Virus record (IMG/VR): IMGVR_UViG_3300030332_001053
Coordinates: 1-30,742 of that record
DNA length: 30,742 nucleotides
Origin: a virus
Lineage: Duplodnaviria; Caudoviricetes
Reading direction: 5' to 3' (one strand)
Both the position numbers and the translations under genes were made by a program. The notes under the pieces were generated by a model. It was not told where the DNA came from. It made no database searches and saw only the letters and a list, made by a program, of their open reading frames with translations. Within the stretch, counting starts at the first letter, position 1; each line of letters starts with the position of its first letter. Below are positions 24,267 to 30,742 of this stretch, one piece after another.

Positions 24267-26039
24267 ATGTCTAACTTCACTTTGGATCCGATGCCTAATC
24301 TGACTCCTACCGATGGAAAAGATGATAAGGCTGTTCGGACTGCACTAGAGGTTATGCAAGAGCATAACGATATTAAAGAACAACGAGACTCAGACAATCA
24401 AACTATAATGGATTTGATGGAACGAGGATTTAAAGTTGTTGATCCTTCCGGAACGCGTCAAATATCTTCTAAAGCTTTACAGCAAGCCTTATGGAGAACA
24501 ATACAAAGAATGAAACCATTGGATTTCACAATTCATGGGACTGGTAGACCGGAGTTTATGGAACAATTCGTAACTCAAGGTGTTTCAACAGTTTTAGATC
24601 GAGGTGGATATGTTAAAGCTTTACGAGATAAACAAGGAGCGTTTTTTAATTTACTTTTATTAGGAGATGCATTTATTCAAGTGGGAACTAATCCGAGTGA
24701 GTATGATATGCCTATTGGGTTTAATACAATTTCCAATTCGAATGTTTATGTAGATCCTTTCGCTACAGTAATGAGAGCTGAATCTAGTGGACGAAGTGTA
24801 AGCAAGATGGTGGTAGTGTTTAGTTATTCATGGGCAGAAGCAGTTAAGTTTTATCCTAAACTTAAAAAGATAGGAGGTGCTGGAAGAATTCCAAGAGATT
24901 TAACGTTTGATAAAGAAACAGCACGATCACAACAACAAACAACGCAAATAAAAGAAAAGACTGATTTAGTTGAGATAGCTCATTTTTACGATATAGCAAA
25001 TAAAAATTACACAGTATTCGCAGGTCCTTCATGTACCGTTTTGGAAAAGAAAAGCGGAGATAAATATCCGTTTGTGAAAGGAAAGAAACCGTATATCCCC
25101 GTAATTCACATGATCTGTCAACCAGCGAGTGAAGGGTTCTATAATCACGGTATTGGAGATATGATCTATGATTTAGCGGTTCTCTCACAGAGATTACTCA
25201 ATATGGAAATCAATCATGTCAACGACAACACTTATCCTATTGAATTAGTAAACTTACCAAAAGATAAATCAGCTAAGTTCTTTAATGATCTAATGGCAGC
25301 ACATGAGATGAGAGCAGCAGGTAAGAAAGGATTTGTACCAGTTGAATACGATGCTAATAGTCCGGGAAGTTCTCAAATTAGCTCTCAAACACTTTTGACG
25401 AATAACTTGACTAATGAATGGCAATTGATCTTTGAGCAGCTTACAAGAGAGATTTCAAGATTAGGTATAAACCTAGACGAAGCAGATCGAGGAGCTAATG
25501 TAACGGCTACTCAGATATTAAGTGAAGAAGAAGCAGCTAATTCATTTGTTAAGCAAGTAATGGAATACAATGCGAGTGAAACAAAGTTCTCTATTGAGCT
25601 TACAATGGATATGATTGAAGAATTTATTGGTAAGAAAAATAAAACTAAGTTAAACCTAACAACGTTAATTGATGTCGATGGAGTAGAATTACCTCTAGAT
25701 GAAGCTACACTTGGTAATTTATCGAGTGAACTAAAGGAAGGGGATTATTTTGTTAAGGTTAATGCTCGAACGGGTGCAGTACCTTCTAACATCTTACAGC
25801 AAGCACAGATTAGCAGAATCTTACCTTTAACCCCGCCTGGTACGCCAGCATTTGCGAAACTACAAAAACAACTTGCTGATCTGAATGACAGAGATTTATC
25901 AATGGAAGATTTTGCACTGATACAACAGGCACCACAAATAGCTGAAGAAGCGATCGAGGGAGCAACAGAACCTGGATTGGCTGATACGGAGCGTGCAAGA
26001 ATCAACCCTAGAATCACTGAACCAGAACCAGCATTATGA
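24267..26039 (+). CDS. Portal protein
   Basis: 590 aa after terL with the P22-like pattern (LLLGDAFI, VYVDP, PYIPVI...FYNHGIG, TATQI). Extended -10 TGaTATAAT at 24225-24233. Confidence 0.88.
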   Translation: MSNFTLDPMPNLTPTDGKDDKAVRTALEVMQEHNDIKEQRDSDNQTIMDLMERGFKVVDPSGTRQISSKALQQALWRTIQRMKPLDFTIHGTGRPEFMEQFVTQGVSTVLDRGGYVKALRDKQGAFFNLLLLGDAFIQVGTNPSEYDMPIGFNTISNSNVYVDPFATVMRAESSGRSVSKMVVVFSYSWAEAVKFYPKLKKIGGAGRIPRDLTFDKETARSQQQTTQIKEKTDLVEIAHFYDIANKNYTVFAGPSCTVLEKKSGDKYPFVKGKKPYIPVIHMICQPASEGFYNHGIGDMIYDLAVLSQRLLNMEINHVNDNTYPIELVNLPKDKSAKFFNDLMAAHEMRAAGKKGFVPVEYDANSPGSSQISSQTLLTNNLTNEWQLIFEQLTREISRLGINLDEADRGANVTATQILSEEEAANSFVKQVMEYNASETKFSIELTMDMIEEFIGKKNKTKLNLTTLIDVDGVELPLDEATLGNLSSELKEGDYFVKVNARTGAVPSNILQQAQISRILPLTPPGTPAFAKLQKQLADLNDRDLSMEDFALIQQAPQIAEEAIEGATEPGLADTERARINPRITEPEPAL

Positions 26040-26332
26040 TCCAATGGAAACATATAAGGAAGTATCTTAAAACTCCTATCGAAGGACATAGAAACTGTGA
26101 ACAAGTTTTAGGATCAAGTGGAGCGGTGAATGCGTTGGCCCAGTTCTGGGTACAGAATTCAGAAAACTTCACGGTAGCGACAGCTTCGAGGCTACATGAA
26201 TACGTAAACAAAGGAATGTTTGCACCAAAAGAATTAGTAGCTTATAAGAAAGCATTGTATGACGTCGGAAGTTTCCTAGAAGAATGTCATAAAGAGCGAG
26301 AATTGAAACGATTAGAAAAAGAAATGAAATGA
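26036..26332 (+). CDS. Hypothetical protein between portal and scaffold
   Basis: 98 aa, ATGA-coupled to the portal. Confidence 0.75.
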   Translation: MIQWKHIRKYLKTPIEGHRNCEQVLGSSGAVNALAQFWVQNSENFTVATASRLHEYVNKGMFAPKELVAYKKALYDVGSFLEECHKERELKRLEKEMK

Positions 26333-26367
26333 TGGTATAATAATATTGTTCATTGAAATAAGGGATA

Positions 26368-26417
26368 TGTTGGTTACAGTTTGCGGCAAAATAATTTGAC
26401 GCAGTCTGTAGTCAATA
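26368..26417 (+). promoter_or_regulatory. Long RNA hairpin in the scaffold/capsid leader
   Basis: 23-position stem with 2 mismatches and 4 G-U pairs, ATAA loop, downstream of TGgTATAAT (26333-26341). Confidence 0.55.
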
Positions 26418-26445
26418 GACTATGCATTTATTAACCCAGTCCAAT

Positions 26446-27117
26446 ATGTCTGAGGACAAAGAACAGAAAGAAAGTGAGCAGCTATTCGCTGACACAGCCG
26501 AATCTGAGTCAGACCCAGATGACGCAAGTACCACTGAAACCACCGAAGGTGAGCAAAGTGAAGAAAGCCAGGAACTTGAGCTTGAAGATCCGAAAGGAGA
26601 AGAGCCTAAGTCAAAAGCCTCTATCGCAGAGGAAAACAGGCGGAAGCAACTCGCTGCTTGGGAGAAGAAAGTAGATAACGGTGAAGCCGATATCACGGAA
26701 GCTCCTAAGTGGATTCAAAAAGAGTTGGCACCGCCAGTTGACGTGCAAGCGGTTGTCAAAGAACAACTAGCACTTGAACGCCAAGCACAAAAGTTTAAAG
26801 AGTTAAAGGATGACTTGACTCTAGCAAGGTTACCAAAAGCTGAACAAGCTGCCTTGCAAGAACAGTTCGGAAAGTATCGTGATTTAGGTTTACCTATGTA
26901 CGATGCACTCGAAACTGCAGTTAAGGTCACAGGTGTTAAACTACCAACTCAACAAGCTTTAGATGTTAAACGCAAAAGCATGTCTCTACCAAAGCCAGGA
27001 TATTATTCTGACGGAACCACTACCGACATTAAAGGCGAAATGACAGCCGAAAAGTTCGATAAAATGGATCCTGATAAGAAACTGGGATGGATGGAAACAC
27101 AGCGACAAGGCAGATAA
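26446..27117 (+). CDS. Capsid scaffolding protein (probable start MSEDK at 26446; track gives 26422)
   Basis: Highly acidic disordered N-terminus and helical core; directly before the capsid gene. Confidence 0.8.
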   Translation: MSEDKEQKESEQLFADTAESESDPDDASTTETTEGEQSEESQELELEDPKGEEPKSKASIAEENRRKQLAAWEKKVDNGEADITEAPKWIQKELAPPVDVQAVVKEQLALERQAQKFKELKDDLTLARLPKAEQAALQEQFGKYRDLGLPMYDALETAVKVTGVKLPTQQALDVKRKSMSLPKPGYYSDGTTTDIKGEMTAEKFDKMDPDKKLGWMETQRQGR

Positions 27118-27157
27118 AGGGTAATAAATGTTAAATAAATTTTAACATTATTACATT

Positions 27158-28327
27158 ATGGCTAATACAGTAGCGCCGTTAAATCCGGAGTTATGGGCTA
27201 GAATGCTTCAAGATTACTTGAACAATCGGCTTGTATCTCGACGATTTGCGAGCACAAAATTCGAAAGTATGCTTGATTCAGGTGATCAAATAAACTTTCC
27301 TAGCGTAAATTCAATGCGAGTCCAGAATTATACTCCTGGAACAGATGTAACAATAGATGACTTTGTTGCGACAGCAGATACACTTGTTATCGACCAAAGT
27401 ATCGTTTCATCTTTCTCACTTGACCAGGTTGAAAGAAAACAAGCTCTTGCTAATTATTCAGCAGATCTTGCATTCCAACAATCTTTTGAGTTATCAAACA
27501 GAGTAGATCAAACTTGTATCAATACAGGTGTCACTGCTGCAACTGCAGCTAATACAATCGCTGGAGGAACACTAGCTTCTTCAACGATTATGTCTACTTT
27601 GAACTCAGCTAGAGCACAACTATCTAGAAACAACGCAGTAGACGGGGAACTGTTCTGTGTAATGGATCCAGAAAGAGTAGCTCTTCTATCCGACAGTTTC
27701 ATTGCTAATGGATTCAATCTAGGTGATGTAACTCTACAAAACGGATTCAGAGGTAATGCCGCTGGATTCTCAATTCTTGAATCAAACAACCTACCATATT
27801 CAGTTACTTTGACTATGGACACTATCCCAACAGCAACTGACACTACGATTCTTATGGGTGTTACTTGGACTTGGGTAGCAGCAGGTGCAGCAGCAGCAGC
27901 AGGAGATATTGCAGTAGGTGCTAACGTAGCAGCTTCAAAGGTAAACTTTGTTCTTGCTATGACTGGTACGGCTGCAGGTTCAGCAGCAACTTATATTGAC
28001 GTTTCAACAGCTAACAGAAGAATCTACCAAAATGCACAGCTAGCAGCAGCTACTTTCGTTGGAGACGATTGTGTTATTACAGCATTTGGAATTATCAACG
28101 CTTCTGAAACATTTACTCCAGCAACTAACATATTCGGAACTGAAACTTCTTCACTTCTTTGCGGAAGAGTAGGAGCGGTATCTCTTGCAATGCAAATGAT
28201 GCCACACTTGGAAGTAAGAGAAGAACCTAAACAGTTATCTCAAAACTATCTAACACATACTCTTTATGGAACCACTGTGTTTGATCAAGATATTCCAAGA
28301 CTAGTAGAAATAACTATGAACGCTTAA
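27158..28327 (+). CDS. Major capsid protein (HK97 fold, P22 coat-like) with insertion domain
   Basis: MAN...PELWA, GDQINFP, LVIDQ, GFSILESNNLP and LYG motifs; position after the scaffold. Confidence 0.9.
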   Translation: MANTVAPLNPELWARMLQDYLNNRLVSRRFASTKFESMLDSGDQINFPSVNSMRVQNYTPGTDVTIDDFVATADTLVIDQSIVSSFSLDQVERKQALANYSADLAFQQSFELSNRVDQTCINTGVTAATAANTIAGGTLASSTIMSTLNSARAQLSRNNAVDGELFCVMDPERVALLSDSFIANGFNLGDVTLQNGFRGNAAGFSILESNNLPYSVTLTMDTIPTATDTTILMGVTWTWVAAGAAAAAGDIAVGANVAASKVNFVLAMTGTAAGSAATYIDVSTANRRIYQNAQLAAATFVGDDCVITAFGIINASETFTPATNIFGTETSSLLCGRVGAVSLAMQMMPHLEVREEPKQLSQNYLTHTLYGTTVFDQDIPRLVEITMNA

Positions 28328-28345
28328 TATTAACCCCCATTTAAA

Positions 28346-29281
28346 ATGACACACAAAAATCCACTTAACGTGGAAAGAGTAGTCATCAACTCAAGTGATT
28401 CCACGAATGGGATTTATTTGGATGATGGAACTACGCTTATAGATTCTAGCGGTAATATTGATGCGCCAGTTACAACCACAAATCTAACGACAAGTGGTAA
28501 TACTACATTAGGAGATACAAGCGCTGATGCTTTATCAGTGCCTTCTACAAGTACGTTTAGCGCTCCGGTTACGGTAGGTGTTGACGGTACAGGATATGAT
28601 GTTCAACTCTTCGGAGATACAGCAGGTTCACACATGCTTTGGGATGAATCAGGAGATTTACTGAACTTAGTAAATTCTGATTTAACCGTTGGCGGTGTTG
28701 TTACCGCTGATCTAGAATCGGCAGTATTAACTAATATAGCTGATACTGAATTATTAATTGGTACCGGTGCAGGTACTTGTAATTATGCGGTTATGAGTGG
28801 CGATGCTACTTTAGCTAATACAGGTGCGCTTACTATCGCAGCGGACGCGGTTGAAGAAACTATGGTAGCTGATGGCGATGGTACGGGTGGACTATCTGTT
28901 GCAAAGAACGGTACAGCTGTTTATGACTTTGCAGTAGACGGTGGAACAGCAGGAGTAATTACTCTAGCAAGCACTTGTACTTTCCCAGATAACGCAATTG
29001 TTGAATTAGTATATGTCGAGGTTTTAACAACTTGTACTTCAGCAACAGATGCGGCAACTATCAAGATTGATTTACCAACAGATGGAGATTTAACTACGGC
29101 TATCGCAATTAACGATGCTGGTAATCCATGGGATGCAGGACTTTACTGGGGTGATGAAAACATCACTACTAGCCTGTTGAAGACCACGGCAGCACGTACT
29201 CTTCAGATGACAGTTGCAGGAGGCGAAGCCCTTACCGCAGGTAAAATCGTTTTCCACTTCTCATATACAGTATCTCAATAA
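28346..29281 (+). CDS. Virion structural protein (head decoration / fibre-like)
   Basis: 311 aa, T/G/D/A-rich, fibre-like SGDATLANTGALTI segment and C-terminal beta-sandwich (LTAGKIVFHFSY). Confidence 0.65.
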   Translation: MTHKNPLNVERVVINSSDSTNGIYLDDGTTLIDSSGNIDAPVTTTNLTTSGNTTLGDTSADALSVPSTSTFSAPVTVGVDGTGYDVQLFGDTAGSHMLWDESGDLLNLVNSDLTVGGVVTADLESAVLTNIADTELLIGTGAGTCNYAVMSGDATLANTGALTIAADAVEETMVADGDGTGGLSVAKNGTAVYDFAVDGGTAGVITLASTCTFPDNAIVELVYVEVLTTCTSATDAATIKIDLPTDGDLTTAIAINDAGNPWDAGLYWGDENITTSLLKTTAARTLQMTVAGGEALTAGKIVFHFSYTVSQ

Positions 29282-29323
29282 AGCGTAACTATTTTATATG
29301 AATCGAATGACCAAACTTAAAAA

Positions 29324-29374
29324 GAAATAGTTTCCTAGAGCGTCTCTTCGGGGACGTTCTATGGAGGTTATTTC
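29324..29374 (+). terminator. Long hairpin with cUUCGg loop (terminator or processing/stability stem)
   Basis: TAGAGCGTCTC-TTCG-GGGACGTTCTA core extended by 12 further pairs after a 1-nt bulge; no strong U-tract. Confidence 0.6.
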
Positions 29375-29397
29375 AATAATAATTTAATTTTAATAGC

Positions 29398-29730
29398 ATG
29401 ACATTATCAGCAGTAATGGGGAGTGTGGAAACAACGTCTACCCCTTCAATAGCGAGCGCAGCAACTGCAATCGCAGCGAACAGGAATAGAACTGGGTTTT
29501 ATATCCAGAATCTAGGTCAAAACCCTCTCTTTGTAAGAGAAGGAGCAAGTGCGAGCACAACAGTATTCAATTACGTATTAGCAGCAGGTACCGTTAATGA
29601 CGATGGTACAGGTGGATCTATGCAGCATTTCGATGGGAGTATTTATTACGGGATTGTAACTATTGCAGGTACAGCTCCAAGATACGTTGCATGGGAATAC
29701 GTTGAAGACGCACCAAGACAAATTTTATAA
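29398..29730 (+). CDS. Small beta-rich virion protein
   Basis: 110 aa with an ANRNRTGFYIQNLGQNPLFV pattern seen in phage structural regions. Confidence 0.65.
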   Translation: MTLSAVMGSVETTSTPSIASAATAIAANRNRTGFYIQNLGQNPLFVREGASASTTVFNYVLAAGTVNDDGTGGSMQHFDGSIYYGIVTIAGTAPRYVAWEYVEDAPRQIL

Positions 29731-29740
29731 CAAATAAACT

Positions 29741-30223
29741 ATGAGTACACAGGGACACAAGGTAACTAAGTTACCAGATGACGTTAGCAAAGTTGTAGAG
29801 AAAGCTCGGAACAGGGTTTCTGTGCTAGAAGCTGAACATATTCGGCTTAACTCTTTAGTTGAAGCGTTAAAGGTAGAAGCAAATACTTTAGAAAGCCAAA
29901 TAGAAGGCTTTAAGGATGATATTGGAGAGAAAGAAGCTTTCTTATCTGGCCTAGATGCGCAGACCCAGGCTAACGAACTAGCAGAGGCAGCGGCTACAGA
30001 GGGTAAACTTCTAGCTGAAACAGAATTCGGTGCATTACGGACAGAAATGGACGTTATGAAAGCTGAAAAAGCTGAATTAAAGAAAGAATTAGACAAATTA
30101 AACAAAGGAATCGGGGAATCGCAAGTAAAACACTGCGATCTCTGCGATAAGGTTGAAAAGAAGAAGGCAAACGTAAAAGCCTTCAATGATGCGGTTAAAT
30201 CACTAGCCAAAGAGCTACTATGA
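29741..30223 (+). CDS. Coiled-coil protein
   Basis: 160 aa with heptad-rich E/K/L/A composition. Confidence 0.7.
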   Translation: MSTQGHKVTKLPDDVSKVVEKARNRVSVLEAEHIRLNSLVEALKVEANTLESQIEGFKDDIGEKEAFLSGLDAQTQANELAEAAATEGKLLAETEFGALRTEMDVMKAEKAELKKELDKLNKGIGESQVKHCDLCDKVEKKKANVKAFNDAVKSLAKELL

Positions 30224-30465
30224 ACCAAATGCAACGTGCAGGGTCTTCTAATTCTCTAACAATCGAAGCATTGTTGGAAGCTATAGCTAGTCCGATCCAG
30301 GATGCCTGGGATTACGTCGCATTAACCTATGTAGCGGTAGGTAATGGAGAAGGGCAGATAGAAACTGCCACATATAAGACAGGAGGATCTGGCGGGACAA
30401 CCGTTATAACTCTTACGCTAACCTATGACGCCTCAGATAGAATAGCGTCACTAACAGCAGCATAA
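30220..30465 (+). CDS. Small virion-associated protein
   Basis: 81 aa with a DYVALTY...IETATYKTGG...LTLTYD pattern; overlaps both neighbours. Confidence 0.7.
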   Translation: MNQMQRAGSSNSLTIEALLEAIASPIQDAWDYVALTYVAVGNGEGQIETATYKTGGSGGTTVITLTLTYDASDRIASLTAA

Positions 30466-30742
30466 TGACTAAATACACCACGCCAACATTAAATAAAATG
30501 ACAGGACGCTTAGTTCCTATTTTTGATGGTGGTGAAGTGAGAGAAGATACGAATATACAGAAAGAACTTACAGAAAATGATGCTCCGGTAATGACAGCTC
30601 TTCAAGCAACGAGGAACATATATGTTAACGGAGCAACGGGAGATGATACAAACGACGGTAGAGCTGCAGGTACAGCATTTAAAACAATCCAAAAAGGTGT
30701 GAATATAGCAGGGTATCAAGCCAGCGATACGCAAACGGTAGT
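30465..30742 (+). CDS. Tailspike / pectin-lyase-like beta-helix protein, N-terminal part (runs off the window)
   Basis: ATG 30465 overlaps the upstream TAA and the frame is open to the end; IYVNGATGDDTNDG...AFKTIQKG is the usual cap of parallel beta-helix domains. Confidence 0.7.
   Translation, partial: MTKYTTPTLNKMTGRLVPIFDGGEVREDTNIQKELTENDAPVMTALQATRNIYVNGATGDDTNDGRAAGTAFKTIQKGVNIAGYQASDTQTV

Noticed and set aside
1-30742. Alternative genetic code (TGA=Gly/Trp or TAG=Gln)
   Set aside because: Long genes are intact in code 11, and TGA serves as the stop in ATGA overlaps (20906-20909, 26036-26039, 30220-30223).
1-30742. Complete circular genome
   Set aside because: The tailspike-like ORF at the right end is cut after ~92 codons, the left end is an unrelated-looking C-terminus, and no terminal repeat is visible. 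Absence of an integrase or polymerase therefore cannot be concluded for the whole phage.

Overview
The window is a partial, AT-rich tailed-phage genome (genetic code 11) with podovirus/P22-like architecture. Plus strand 175-11056 encodes head-completion/tail proteins, two large DNA-ejection proteins (one with an M23 peptidase domain), an amidase endolysin with an SLH-like tail and a holin. Minus strand 11270-19760 is an early/accessory arm: NinG, YopX, a GH73-like hydrolase, SSB-like and exonuclease genes, a LexA-type HTH, and a four-gene pyrimidine cassette. Plus strand 20139-30742 holds a lambdoid initiator with internal iterons, DnaB, terminase, portal, scaffold, capsid and further virion genes. 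Both ends cut ORFs, and no integrase, DNA polymerase, tRNA or CRISPR array is visible. The gene starts I inspected lack Shine-Dalgarno motifs, suggesting a Patescibacteria- or Bacteroidota-like host. Best leads: (1) a thymidylate synthase homolog altered at both positions (E. coli N177 to D, H147 to F) known to shift specificity toward dCMP, next to a dCMP deaminase, dUTPase and DUF6378-like gene; (2) a candidate ~115-nt sRNA whose unpaired 5' end is complementary to the start regions of three leftward genes; (3) a likely -1 frameshift fusing a membrane protein to a muramidase; (4) a leaderless antisense 20-aa membrane peptide behind a consensus promoter; (5) a pseudoknot-capable leader on the replication gene. 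All family calls are by-eye motif recognition; no searches or folding programs were run.
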